This document shows positions 12,836 to 25,709 of a stretch of 64,000 nt of DNA, one piece after another. The notes under the pieces were generated by a model that ran no database searches, had not been told where the DNA came from, and was given only the letters and a program-made list of their open reading frames with translations. The stretch's first letter is position 1, and every line of letters begins with the position of its first letter. The DNA is from Nemertoderma westbladi (Eukaryota > Animalia > Xenacoelomorpha): positions 62,001 to 126,000 of the forward strand of contig JAUCBJ010002523.1 in NCBI GenBank assembly GCA_032718475.1, given 5' to 3'. Position numbers and translations under genes: made by a program.

Positions 12836-13278
12836 TATGTGTGAGAGGTTGTCTATATGTGTGAGAGGGTGTCCATATGTGTGAGAGGTTGTCAATATGT
12901 ATGAGATGTGTGAGAGGTTGTCCATATATGTGAGAGGGTGTCCGTATGTGTGAGAGGGTGTCCATATGTGTGAGACGTTGTCCATATGTGTGAGAGGGTG
13001 TCTGTATGTGTGAGATAGTGTCCATATGTGTGAGACGTTGTCCATATGTGTGAGAGGTTGTCCATATGTGTGAGAGGGTGTCCATCTCTGTGAGAGGTTG
13101 TCCATATGTGTGAGAGGGTGTCCGTATGTGTGAGAGGGTGTCCATATGCGTGCGAGGTTGTCCATATGTGTGAGAGGTTGTCCATATGTGTGTGAGGTTG
13201 TCCACATGTGTGAGAGGTTGTCCATATGTGTGTGAGGTTGTCCACAAGTGTGAGAGGTTGTCCATATGTGTGTGAGGT
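12836..13278. repeat. 20-bp minisatellite (TCCATATGTGTGAGAGG(T/G)TG), ~22 copies
   Basis: Directly visible tandem units. Confidence 0.95.
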
Positions 13279-13927
13279 ATATACGATAGAGACAGGACTA
13301 TCGTCGAGTTGTGAGAATGTCGAAATCACTCATCTGATTCCCGAGTGCCTCTCTAGTTGAATCCACCTCCCTTCTCACAATCACTCTGGGTTCGGACAGG
13401 GAACCTATGGTTGGATAGACAGGTCGAGCGATATGTTTGGACTCCAGAGGATGTGTCATAAATATGAATGATTGTGTAACTTACAACTTATATTTTTTCC
13501 GATATAAACTAGTCCTACTTTGCATCACACCAATAATGTTCGTACAAACCAATAATCTTACTAATAGCAAATGACTACTAGACTAGTTAACAACATAACA
13601 ACAAATATCACCAATAAGTTATAGAATGAATGAACACGAGATTATATTTCTTGAATAATATTGATAACTATTTATACACACATACACATAGTATTATAAC
13701 GATTGGTCATGGCTCTTAGGTTTGCACTTTAAAGGAAACAAGCATACTGAGTTATTTTAAAGTGTGGTCGTATATATATCATAACAGTTTTCATGTGGTA
13801 AGACAACGCAGAATAGTTTCAGCGATTTTTCAGATTAACAGAGGGAATAACAATACAAGTTCGAACTGTGTGGATTTAAAGATATTCACTTTTAGAAGGC
13901 GAGCCACACTACTAAAGCTATTGGATA

Positions 13928-14581
13928 TCAGAAGAAGTCAATAGTAATTGTTACGGCCAACAGAATATAAGCAACAGCTCCAGTGAGGTGTTTCGCCAAA
14001 CTAGCTGTCGTGAATATTTCAGCGGTTGTCGATGGTTCTCTCTCGGTTGTTTCTGGTTCGGTTGATACCGGATCAAACACGGGATCATTCCAATCCACGG
14101 TTCCATTGGGGAACAGATAGTCGTGTTCCCACACAAGGTCTACTACTTTGTTGCAGACTTCTGTTCCGTTGCAGCAGATCCGCTGACAACTTGGATGTGT
14201 CAACTCGACGGTGTACGCCGAACTACCTGTCTCGATCTCGTCTCCAACCTTCTTTCTGCATTCCTCTTCATCGTAATCCTTGCAGCCATCAGGCATGCAG
14301 AGTTCTTTCCTTGTATACAACAAACTTTTCAAAACTTCGCTATTTACATTGAATCTACCTGGCAATTGATTATAATGCAGACGGCATGTTGAGCAATCCG
14401 TTTCATTGTAACCTGGATTTTCTTCTTGCCAGCCGCCGCTATCCGGGAACACTTCCGGCAGAGCTGTCTTATAAGTAACCATGGTGTGCGCGGTCATACA
14501 TGATACAGCCGACACATCCATAACTATCTCTGTAACTATATAAATAGCTACAAATAGCATTTTCACATATTCGATATCCAT
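13928..14581 (-). CDS. Ly6/uPAR (three-finger)-like Cys-rich, probably GPI-anchored surface protein, copy 1 (217 aa, single coding exon)
   Basis: ATG-to-TGA ORF. Hydrophobic N-terminus ending VSA|VSC, 10 Cys ending ICCNGTEVCN, T/E/P stalk and hydrophobic C-terminal tail. Frame preserved in all paralogs. Confidence 0.85.
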   Translation of the reverse strand: MDIEYVKMLFVAIYIVTEIVMDVSAVSCMTAHTMVTYKTALPEVFPDSGGWQEENPGYNETDCSTCRLHYNQLPGRFNVNSEVLKSLLYTRKELCMPDGCKDYDEEECRKKVGDEIETGSSAYTVELTHPSCQRICCNGTEVCNKVVDLVWEHDYLFPNGTVDWNDPVFDPVSTEPETTEREPSTTAEIFTTASLAKHLTGAVAYILLAVTITIDFF

Positions 14582-15359
14582 AACTTTAGATCCTGCGATT
14601 TGTGTTCGATATTCAGTATACCGTTTCCAAGATTATTAATACCGTTAGCTACTGTATTATTTTTTTTAAGAATTATAATTATTAATAATACATAATTGTT
14701 AACAATTTATTACTTTCGATTTGAATGATGGCCATTATTGCTAAAGAATCTTACCAAAGAGATGCCCTGTCTCTTAAATACGAAAGGCATACCATTCCAG
14801 TGGAATGTCTCACAACACGCAAAAGATTTTCGCAGTATAGAAAATTAATACATTAAATTCTGTAATTTTAGATGTTGGTTAAGTTTTTAGATTATAAAAT
14901 TCTAAAATGCAAAAAGTAATAACCAAATAATAAATAATAATTCCTAACACTCGTTTAATATAACGGAAATTAAAACATTTAAATTAAATGTTTAAATGTT
15001 TAAATGTTCCGTTCGGTTTATTATTTTCAACGCACAACATAGTACCGCAGGCGAAGCGTTGTTTCTCAGCACCTGGGAGTATAACACGAACTTTTAGCCC
15101 CCCACTCCCCCCCGTTTGTTAAATTTTAAAAATAAAAATATATAAAAAAATCAATATGTTTGCCTCCTACTCAAAGCAGCTGCATTTTCTCAGACAGAGT
15201 GCCCTTTTTTTGACCAAATGATTATTATTATATTTCGTTCATTATTAATATCTTCGCATTTTTGAGTAAACTCGCCTCGTTTATGTTTAAGGAGTGACTG
15301 GAGTGTCGATAAGGAGTGTCTTTTTACCTCATCCAAGAAGATCCAACATCTTCAAGACT

Positions 15360-16790
15360 TTTTTGTAGGACCAAAAAACTATTTTTCAAAATCTTGGCTC
15401 AAATACACTCCCTCAAGATCCTAATTTTCGAAATGCAATAATCACTACATAATTATTCCCTTTCCCCTTCCTTACCACAATATCCCATCGCCATCTATAA
15501 CCAATATCATGGCCTATTTCCATCCAGTTTCCTTTCCACCCCTTCATTCACCTACCAACTACACTATTGCTAGCTTCCCTGTAAGCTATTGCCATCCAAT
15601 AAGTGAGTGCCCTTTACAAACACTCCCTTCTTTCTCATTGGATCCCCACACTTTGCAAACATTACCATCTTCCTTATTGTACCAAACCCACCCAGTCATT
15701 GACAAGGGAATATTTTGTAATTAATGAAACTCTATGGATCTATGGATTATCATTGGCAGTAACCGGTTATTGGTCAGTTCAAAACAAACCAATATTAATC
15801 ATATTTTACATGTGTTCAACATAAATCACTGCATAAGAAAGACAGATTATTATTAGGTGATAATTAGTGGTCAACTTCATATTGACCCCGGATACTGGGT
15901 TTAAAAAGGGCCACATTTGGATGGAAAAGTCAGTCAGTAACTACAGGCCTTAGTAGATGGTAGCCTCGGCAGCTAATCTAGGCTCTGCTCTTTGGTATCA
16001 GACCTACTTTGATCCATTACTGCATTCGTCTTTTCAGTAGTTCGGTGGTGTTAGGGCTTGTAGGTAATGCTCCTGTTAAGGACTTAGCTTTGGCCGAACA
16101 GCCCTGGAGCGCTCGCGCACTCTGCCTGCTGGCTACTCCATTCGTCCCAGGATCAATGGTTTAGTTTTGAGACAGAGTAGCAGCAATCCTCTTGGGTTTA
16201 ACTCTGTCAGATTATGGTAGTGCTTATGCACTCCGTTCATCGATGTTAATCCTCTAAGTCGTAACACAAAGAAGTAGCCAATCACCTGTATCCAATCGGT
16301 CCCACTGCCGTTTGCACCCAGATGGTAGTTAACCTTGTGTTTGTACTATTGCCACATTTCCAATAGTGTGAACCTGCACCAAGTTTATTACGACTTTTCA
16401 TAGACCCTTTTCACGACAATTTTTCGATAGACTTTGTATATTTTGTGTATTTTAGTATATTGAAACAACTATAATGTATTTTCTATACATTTTGTTTACA
16501 TATATTTTGGATTGTAGTATTTTTCGAGGCTATACTTTGGATCCTAACAGACCCAAAGCACCCCTCTCCCAGTTACTCCTTTTCCCTCTTCCCAGAGGTT
16601 TTTCAATGGTGTTACATTGCGTACACTATTTTTATACCAGAAGGAAACAATATAACACCTGGAAAGAATAGAAATCATGGTGTTTTTGCACTATCTAGAA
16701 AGGGTTGGGGATGTCCTTAAATAACAAGTCATTGAAGAACTGTGTATTATTGCGAGCTATTTCAGTCTTGATACCAAGAAACCAAACTAC
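15360..16790. repeat. segmental-duplication block Y (homologous to ~30190-31935)
   Basis: Near-identical non-coding sequence in units A and B (the same short spurious ORFs appear in both). Confidence 0.85.
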
Positions 16791-17285
16791 ATCCTAGAAG
16801 TCAAGATCGACTACAATCGACTACAACAACATGACCCTTAACCACCCCAAGAGGAGGATGGCCCATGAAGGAGGATGAGGACCAAACCCTTCGAGAGATG
16901 GTCCTGGAAGTGGATGGAATGTCTGGAAATTTAATGATGCTGGAACCAGGACAGCCAGAGAAAGCTTAGTGAGCCAGAGAAAGTCCAAGCTATGAAAGAT
17001 TTCTATTTTAACTTTCTTTTTCATAATTGTGGTTGACTAAATTCTACACATGTCTTTCGATCATCCTATCATCATAATGACGATGGGGTGATTTTAATAC
17101 CACTTATTGGCTATGACTTATTGGAGGAAATCCAGCCAAATAACTAACGGGTCTAGACTTAGCTGACGACTTAGTTAACTTATTAAGTTCTCAGGAAATC
17201 TGATCGTATGAGTATACCAATTATATGTACCAAGTACATTATATTGGTTTCTTCTCATGTTTTTAATTAGACTTACTGAGAATGA

Positions 17286-17789
17286 ACTACTGCTAGGTCG
17301 AGCGAGTTCAGACAGTGGAAATGAGATCCTTCCAGGCTTCCCGATTCTCCATAGTTGTTGCAGTTTCGTTTCTCTAAAGTTCAGTATCCCTTTCAAGTAG
17401 GTCTATATATGTTATAGCCGGTCGTCCAAGACTACGCTTTCCATGAGTTGGTTGCCAGAAAAGTAGATCTGGTATGACCTCGACTTTACTTCGCCAGCAG
17501 TACCCACTGAATCAAAATCTGCGTTTACGGACGGTGGTTGAAACAGGTGGTATTGTACAATAAAGCTCGACGTTTGTTATATGTTGTCTCCATCTGATGT
17601 TTAGGGCTGCCCTTAGTAATCCTGTGTAGCAACCATCAATTCGTTGTTCAAGTGATTTAGTCAGTGTCCAGGTCTCACCCTCGTACAAAAATACACTTTC
17701 CACTGTGGCTCGAATGAACTTTGTCTTCAGGTGCCTGGAGAGGTCTGATTTCCAGCTATGGTATCCATTTTCGATAGAGCTATCCATGC
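17286..17789 (-). mobile_element. RTE LINE family B, degenerate 3' fragment
   Basis: WKSDLSRHLKTKFIRATVESVFLY matches 39605-40100. Confidence 0.85.
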
Positions 17790-17979
17790 CTTTATTATAG
17801 GAAGGGATCTAGGGGTCTTAACCTCGAATGATAAGTTTATTTTACCTAAAATAACTTATCTTTTATTGGCGCAATTGTAGGACTAATCCCATCACATGCA
17901 TACTTTTTAACCGGGTAGTGTACAAATTTAGGAATCGCGTAATTTTCTTGAAATTAATATCTCATATCTCTCCAAACCA

Positions 17980-18055
17980 CGTACGCGTTTCGACCTTACT
18001 GGAGGTAGAAGGACCTGGAGGTAGAAGTCGAGACTACAACCACTAGGCCACAGGT
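17980..18055 (-). mobile_element. possible tRNA-derived SINE head
   Basis: Minus strand has A-box TGGCCTAGTGGT and a weak B-box AGGTCGAAAC, with a small internal duplication. Confidence 0.35.
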
Positions 18056-21000
18056 TCTTGAGATATGGAGTATTAATTTCAAAGCCAGCTGCCATTTTAT
18101 TAGCCCCTGATTTTTTATTATTGATAGTAACAATGTGTTGGCAAGCTGCATTTTCCGAGGTGTTTGTTATTATACATTTATTATAGGAAGGGATCTACAT
18201 AATAAATGTTAACAAACACCTCGAAATATGCAGCTTGCCAACACATTTTAACTATCAATACCCATGCCTTTGCTTTCCTAACTTATGTCTTTCTTTGGTA
18301 CTCTCTATCCATGACCCAAGGTATTGGAAGTCATCTGCGTGAGTCTGATCTCTGCAATCACGACTCTGTGGTCCGAACCAATTATGTATGAACTTAGAAT
18401 GTATTTAGGTAGAATTAATTAGTGTTCTTTAAACTATGTAACTAACACCATAAGACAGGTTCGTTCAAAGTCAAACTTTTTGAGTGGTTTTTGAAAACTC
18501 CAAAATGCCATATTGGCATTTCGGTAGGCGCCCAAGGGCAAGTAACCCTCCATACCCCCCCCACAACTCTTACTGTTGCTGCCTAATACAACGCAATATT
18601 ACTGCTACAGTACAAAGATTATAATACCATGTCCATAGATATTGTAGTTTTTATGAGTTTTTACATAAGCTTTATGCTGGAAGCAATTAAGAATTACAGT
18701 CCACAAGAATTATTGATTCATAAAGCCTGTCAGTAGGCTACTAAACTGTAGATGCCTGGGGTGTTGATATTGCAGTTGTATAGGAATGAGTTTTATGCGA
18801 CATACATTCCCTTCCTTAGGTTCCATACAATACAATCTTATGATGACAGATTATTATGTCAAGAAATATCTGCTCGTAATCCCAACGCGATAACCACGTC
18901 CCGATACGCCACAGCGAAAGCTCACCTCGGAGTATACGCGGTTGCCCCCTTCATCTGCACAACAGATGTTCGGCCGAGTTACGAGCTCCTCAACCGTGTA
19001 GCTTCCTGCACCAACACCCGTTTCATCCGATGCTTCCTTCGTGAGATACATCTGGAGCGCGCGACGTCCTATGATATAATAAAGTTTATTAGTGACTTTC
19101 CATTTTATGGTTCCCAGTTCCTGGAAGGACATCCCGAACATCAGCGAACATGCTCAACGTGAAGGACCAGTTCTCCATGCTGTGCCTCTGAGAATTTTCC
19201 TCGGTACTTAATTAATTTCGTTTAATTTAGTTAAATTGTTTATCGCATTTAATTGTATGTAGTGAGTATTTGATATCGAAGTCACCTTTGATTGTTGAAA
19301 GATTGTATATACTCTTTTCCATGTAAATTTGAGAAAAAACTCAATATTGTGTTACTCATAGAACGATTGTTGAACTTGTACGTGATTTTAGGGAACGGTT
19401 TTGCTGCATACGCTAACTGCATAGTGAAATCTTATATTTTTATCAGAGCATCATTCAATTTCTGTGCGTATGATATTTATGCCTAACTCAGGTTGTATAC
19501 CAACCACCGTGAACCTTGTTTATATGTTGCCTATCATCAGTTATGGTAGTGCTGGGCTCCCATTGGTAACTACCGGTCAAGGTATTCTTATGCCCTATTG
19601 GCTGTTCTATTTTGCAGTGTTGCTTGTTTATATAGTCGATGTTCAATATTAATGATATTTATTAATGCTAATTGTAAACAATTACTTGATATATTTTGTT
19701 AAAAGTCACCAACACCTAGTAAAATAAATTGTACAACATTGCGCTTCACCATAACATACGCACACACACACCCGTCTTCAGATTTATGTTCTACTACTGA
19801 TATTATTTCTTTGACTGTTTTTTCTGTCGCCAGTATCGTTTACGCTAGTGTTCGGTCAACTCACTGGCTCGTTATTATACCCATATAAATCACACCGCGG
19901 CGAGTCTACAGCAGTTTAGGTCCATCAGTTAGTTAGGATTCGCTGCGCGGGATTGTTTCTCGCGAGTTTGGTCTGTTTTCTGTAGACTGTATTACTGCCT
20001 CACCGGTTAGGGACTGGTCACACTGATTGTCAAGTTAGCCCAGGCAATTGATTCGCCCAAGTTTAGTAGAAGACATCATCAGGCACCGATCTCGCCAGCA
20101 GGAGTTTGTGTACTTTTAGTATCTATTATTAGGCCCTGGCTGCATTGGCATTCTACAGTAAATCGTGTGAGATTAAATTATTTAATATCAGTAGAATTTG
20201 TAAAATAGAATAAGTAAATTGTGTTTTAATTTTAATATTTAGAATTCAGTATTTGGTTAGCTATACGCTAATTCTGTAATTTAATTTTGTATTTGGGCCG
20301 TGTGTGTGTAACGGTGTTATTTTTTGGTACTAAAAAAGGTACTTAGGGTTTAAAGACCAATTAGTATCGGTACCTAGGAAGAGTAGTCCCCGTAAAACTC
20401 TCTCTCACCTTCGATTTTTCAGGACTCATTTCTGGACTGCCTCGGGGATCAGGCCGTTTTTCAGCAAGTTTGGGAGATAAAGGATTCGTCCGCAACACTG
20501 GGAACGGAACAGTTCTCGTCCAGTTTTTATCTGGGGATCTGTTCGACTGGAAAGGAGCGTAAGTTTTTCGACTCGTGTAGATTAAACTTAGAGCACACTA
20601 TTACTCAAAATTGTTATGAATTTGTTTGATATTTTTCCTCTATTCATTGGTGTTTGGCTTATTATTTTTGTAATTGTTCATCTATTTTGATAGCGTATAC
20701 CACTATCCCACTTATTGGTACAGATTTAGCCGGTAGGCTAAATTATTATTTTATTATATACTACAGTATAATTAGAGATATTATTTGTACCGGTTCGGGT
20801 ATATATAAATATATACCAAGGTTAGTTTGACATTTTGACATTTAAATATTATTACTATCTAAACTGGACGTATATAATTACCGACTTGAGTGACATACAA
20901 CACTCTACGAGAAACCCGTGTGATGCAGACAGATCAACAGTAGACGAACCCAGAAGGAGGACTCGCGATTCTACTGATGTCACACCGCGTGTATCGCCGG

Positions 21001-21298
21001 TACCACCAATGGAAATACCGGAAGCTCTAGTGTTCGCGCTTTTAGACCTTTAACAGTTTAACCTGTTAATTTACATATTGTCTTATGTTGTCTGACAGCC
21101 CACACACAAACACATATGACCACAGTAGAAGCCAGTCCAGCGCGGCGTGTGACCCACTGTGTGTGGGAGACTGAATTCTATGGCCGAGAGTGGGGTAGCC
21201 TACTTTGTATTATTCGATTGATCTCTACTATATAATCTCCAAAAACTGTGCTTATTTTCATGGCAATACCAACAGTTTCTTTAGATGCTGCGCTTTAA

Positions 21299-23320
21299 CC
21301 TTCTAATTACCGCAAAAAAAAGTTACGTTAAGTACCATGGGGTCGCTAGCGACCCCACCTGCTATATTCCATTTTTGGGTCAACAAAATAAAATAGTTTT
21401 TACTGCAACACTGGGGTAAAGTGTCAAAAACAGTTAGCATCCGTGTACACAGACCACTCGGAGGTGATCCTTACAAATGGCCTTGCCGCAAGCGCTGCAT
21501 CGCTCGGTGGTCTTCCGATCCTGATCTCGAGGGCAGGATTCGCAACGGGCACGCTTCCTCGGTCTTTGGGCATTTCCTGCAGCCAATGGCGGCACGGCCT
21601 GCGCACCAGGTTGCGCCTCTTGGCGGTCCCGCATCATCTTCCCGGCCATCAGCTCGAATGCCAGCTTCTCCAGGTAGAGGCGTCTTCGATGGGATTTTCC
21701 TTCCATGAACTCGGGAAAACAAAACAAGAAGATAACGAAGGAGTTGTAAGCAGCAATGTCGACCAAATTCCCGAAGAACAACTGCGGCCAACGTCGGCAC
21801 TTGCGTTGACACGAGTATGTGCGCAGAAGCTTGTCCAGTGTGTCTACGGCGCCCTTGGTGCGATTGTAGTGGAGAATTATCTCCGGTTTCTTGTCTTGGC
21901 GATCCTCGTGAACTTCGGCATCGTGGTGCTGCGTAGATAAAAGAACCACGTTCTTTTTCTTCTTGGGCACGTATGAAACTAGTGTCATGCCGTTGTGGAA
22001 GGCGAACTTGCTGGACTGAACAGCGCGAGAACGGACGTCTAGCATAGCAGGAGGCAGAAATCGGCGATTCTTCCTCACGGTGCCACACAAAGTAAGCTGA
22101 CGATACAGCATTGACTGCGCCAGATCGTATGAGGTGAAGAAGTTGTCCGTTGTGCATCATCGTCCAGCTACTGAAAGATGCTCGGTCATCTGCAAGACCA
22201 CTCTGGATGCTTGTCCAACTTCAGGACCGCGTCCAGTCATACCCGTATACAGCTCGAAGTTGGTGAGGTACGCAGTGTCCACATCGCATCACGCCCAAAC
22301 CTTCATGCCATACTTCCCAGGTTTTGAAGGAATATAAACTTTGAATGGGCAGCGGCCTCTGTACACTACCAGCTGTTTGTCCACGCAAACTTGTGCGCCA
22401 ACTTTGTAGTTGTTGCGGCAGAGGGCAGCTAACTTGTCATGGAGTACGCGAATCGGCGCCATCTTGTCCCGCTGTCTCCGTTCTTCGCGGTCCGCGCGTG
22501 AGTCCAATCGGAGGACACGAGTCAAGACTTGAAAGCGGTTCCTTCCCATGCAATTGCTGAAGACCGGGCGGCCACTTTCCCGGTTCCAGAGATGTATCAC
22601 TGGTTACGATCTCGCTCGATAAACTCCTGCCAGTAGTATGAGTCCCAGGTAGGCTTGCAACTCAACCCGGTCAATAGGACTCCAAGTCTCCAGGTAAACC
22701 CGGCTCCCCTACTCGTTCGTACACTGTATGATAATGTCTAAAATATCATTCGTGAAAAAGCAGGAAAATGCACCTGCAGGGGTATCTGCCTGCTCCCTAA
22801 CACGACGAGTTGGCCCAGCAGCTTCTCGAAGGATGTTGGCACGCGCAGGTCTACCTCGTGGATCCAGCCCAGAGGTGATGCTCCAGACCTTGCCGTCCTT
22901 CGAAGTAAGTTGAGCAGCTGGAGCAGCAGCTGTAGCAGCAGGAGTGGCCTCTTCCGGTTCATCAATTTCGTCACTCTCGGAAGAACCATCCTGTTCCAGA
23001 ACGACATCCTCCTCCTCTTGGTCGCTCACGTCGCCGATTTTCTCCTCATTTTCATCATCACTCTCGCTTTCATAATTGAGTATGATATCTAGGGCTTGCT
23101 GTGCAGTATACCGGATAGACATGTTTTGAGATATATAATAATGGTCGGTAACGGTACCGTTACGGCTGTACGGTATCCTACTAGGGCCTATATCCTGCCT
23201 GATATCTTTTGTAGGCCTACCTACCACTGGTCCGGTACGTACCGGGCATACGTGGAGTTTAGCATCAGATTCAAATTGCACGTTTTTTTACTGTTTGAAT
23301 GGACTTCCCGAAGGGGGTAG
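21299..23320 (-). mobile_element. piggyBac transposon, one end intact, other end not found
   Basis: Begins CCTTCTAATTACCGC immediately after TTAA (21295-21298). The paralogous block has an unoccupied TTAA at 58813-58816. Right coordinate is approximate. Confidence 0.85.
21434..23122 (-). pseudogene. piggyBac (PGBD4-like) transposase pseudogene
   Basis: Acidic N-terminus, VDKQL..GRCPFKVYIPSKPGKYGMK, TDNFFTS, GTVRKNR, YNRTKGAVDTLD and C-terminal Cys-rich domain. Stops at ~22709 and ~22289, plus frameshifts. Confidence 0.95.
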
Positions 23321-23749
23321 GGTTAGTCCCTTGGTTAGGATTGCATTACAACCCTAACCTAGATCTAACAGTAATCAGGTAATCCTAATTGGGTTGGTGA
23401 GCGAAGCAAACGGCGCGAAGCGCCCAAGCCAATAAAAAAAGGCAGAAAGTGATCGGTGAGTAGGCCTACAACAAGGTAGGTACTGAACCGGAGCGGAGGT
23501 AACCATGAAAGCCACCTCTCTCTTCAGCTCTTGGCTTCTACACGAGGGTAGGCTGAGGCGCCACTGACACAACTAATTTCTTTACCCCCAGCACATGGCG
23601 GTACCAATTTACTGACCAATAATTTGGTGACCTATAATCTACATTTCCTCAGATTATGGCTTACTGTATGCGGATGGGAGGAGTCACTTGTTCGTTAGAT
23701 ATACATAAATATAACGTAGCTAATGTGAGTTGCTAGGGCAATCTAGGGA

Positions 23750-23870
23750 AACGAACAGGTTACAGAGGCAGGCTTTTCTCACCAAAACGATAAACGATAT
23801 TGTTGCCAATTGAGGGAAAGGAGCAGGTTACAGAGGCAGGCTTTTGTAACCAAAACAATAAACGATATTT
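23750..23870. repeat. ~65-bp tandem repeat (2 copies here, 3 copies at ~44560-44770)
   Basis: Unit contains GTTACAGAGGCAGGCTTTT..CCAAAAC.ATAAACGATATT. Confidence 0.8.
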
Positions 23871-24957
23871 AACGATTAATGATTAAAACAAGATGTCAGG
23901 GTCTTTATTGTTTATATACCTTTCAAGTTGAAGGAAAATTGAGTAAAATACTTTTTTACATTAGACGTTTGAAAAAATGTAAAATGCAGAAAAAACAAAA
24001 AATCAATGAATATGTTTCGTGCTGCGCGATGCGGAAAAAGATGACATATTGAAATTTTTTTCAAGTTGGTCACTATAGGTTGAAAAATGATTGTAAAAAA
24101 TTTTGGAGCGTTCCGACAAGAATTGGCGGCGGGGAACGGTTTTTATCAAGGGTGCGGATATATGATAGAGACAGGACTATCGTCGAGTTGTGAGAATGTC
24201 GAAATCACTCATCTGATTCCCGAGTGCCTCTCTAGTTGAATCTACCTCCCTTCTCACAATCACTCTGGGTTCGGACAGGGAACCTACTGTTGGATAGACC
24301 AGTCGAGAGCGATATGTTTGGACCCAGAGGAAGTGTCATAAGTAAGAATGATTGTGTAACTTACTACTTATTTTGTTTACGACTTGCCTTAACGACTTTT
24401 AAGACTAGTTATTTTAATTTTATTTACAGAGACAAACAGGATGGAATGATAACTGCGGATGAATGAAGGATGGAACTTCGTGGGAGAATTTTGTTCATTT
24501 GGACGAGAAATAATTTCATTCTAGAATAAACTAACCGACCCAAAGCGCTACTGTCTCCCTTCCTTAATTCCTTAAAAATTCCTTACACAAAGCCCTTTTA
24601 TTTGTTCATAACGTAATGTTTTCATATTAATCAGCCTTATAAATATAGATTAATTTTTTATATATGTATAATTTGTTTCGCAAGATGTTTTTATTCGCCC
24701 CAATGAATGTATTCCTTATTAATTAATTGCTGAACCTTCTTTATATTATTTAACGATAGAGGATTGGAAGCGATAAACCGAATAGTATAAGGGCGATGAA
24801 AGCTTTCGAATGATACGTTTATTAACCGGAATTGTTTATCTTTTTATTGGCGTAATTCTAGGACTAATCCCATCACATACGTACGTTTTAGACGGGTAGT
24901 TTAACAATTTTGGAATCACGCAATTTTATGATGAAATTTACTTTCAATATCTCTCAC

Positions 24958-25110
24958 CGCTCCTCCTTGGTGTTTTGGTTAAATCCGTTGCTTCACATCT
25001 CTCGGAGGTCGAGAGTTCGACCCCCGCATGGTGGGCTGGGCAGTTTTCGTTTTGGGCACGAATGCTTTAAAGGGACGAGCCAGGGCGCATCTCTTAAATG
25101 TTACCTAATT
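24958..25110 (+). mobile_element. tRNA-derived SINE (duplicated at ~45908-46060)
   Basis: A-box-like TGGTGTTTTGGT and B-box GAGTTCGACCC at tRNA spacing. GC-rich island in AT-rich DNA with no complete cloverleaf. Confidence 0.6.
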
Positions 25111-25709
25111 TTTTTTATTACGCCCCCACGCGGGGCAATTGGTATCATTTTTATTAAGTAAACGTCCGCGCTTTAACATCTTCATATCAGAATTACATGA
25201 TGCAACATGTCATACATGTTAAATCATCAATTTATATTGTTTGTATATTTATATTTAATGGGTAGTTTGATTTCCCAACGATTATTATAAAACACATTGA
25301 TTCTGAATAGATTTAAATCATAAGATTCAACTTAAATAAATGTAACACAAACGATAGCACAGTAGTAGTAACTAATAACAACAAAAATATTACCAATAAG
25401 TTATAGAATGAATGAACACGAGATTATATTTCTTGAATAATATTGATAACTATTTATACACACATACACATAGTGTTATAACGATTGGTCATGGCTCTTA
25501 TGTTTGCACTTTTAAGGAAACAAGCATACTGAATTATTTTACAGTGTGGTCGTATATATATCATAACAGTTTTCATGTGGTAAGACAACGCAGAATAGTT
25601 TCAGCGATTTTTTTAGATTTACAGAGGGAATAACAATACAAGTTCGAACTGTGTGGATTTAAAGATATTCACTTTTAGAAGGCGACCCACACTACTAAGC
25701 TATTGGATA

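Larger units (their letters stand above)
17210..21298. repeat. segmental-duplication block Z (homologous to ~54955-58816)
   Basis: Collinear sequence including a degenerate RTE-B tail; ends at the same TTAA. Confidence 0.85.

Noticed and set aside
12629-13329. His/Thr-rich repeat ORFs in three frames, and possible CRISPR-like array
   Set aside because: Products of a stop-free 20-bp minisatellite; there are no unique spacers, no cas genes and the context is eukaryotic.
21421-22160. Alternative-frame ORFs over piggyBac, and a domesticated PGBD gene
   Set aside because: GC-rich shadow frames; the transposase has stops and frameshifts, and a TTAA-flanked end with an empty paralogous site.
24958-25035. 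Functional tRNA gene
   Set aside because: A/B boxes are present but there is no convincing acceptor or anticodon stem, and the B box is mutated in the 45.9-kb duplicate; treated as a SINE.
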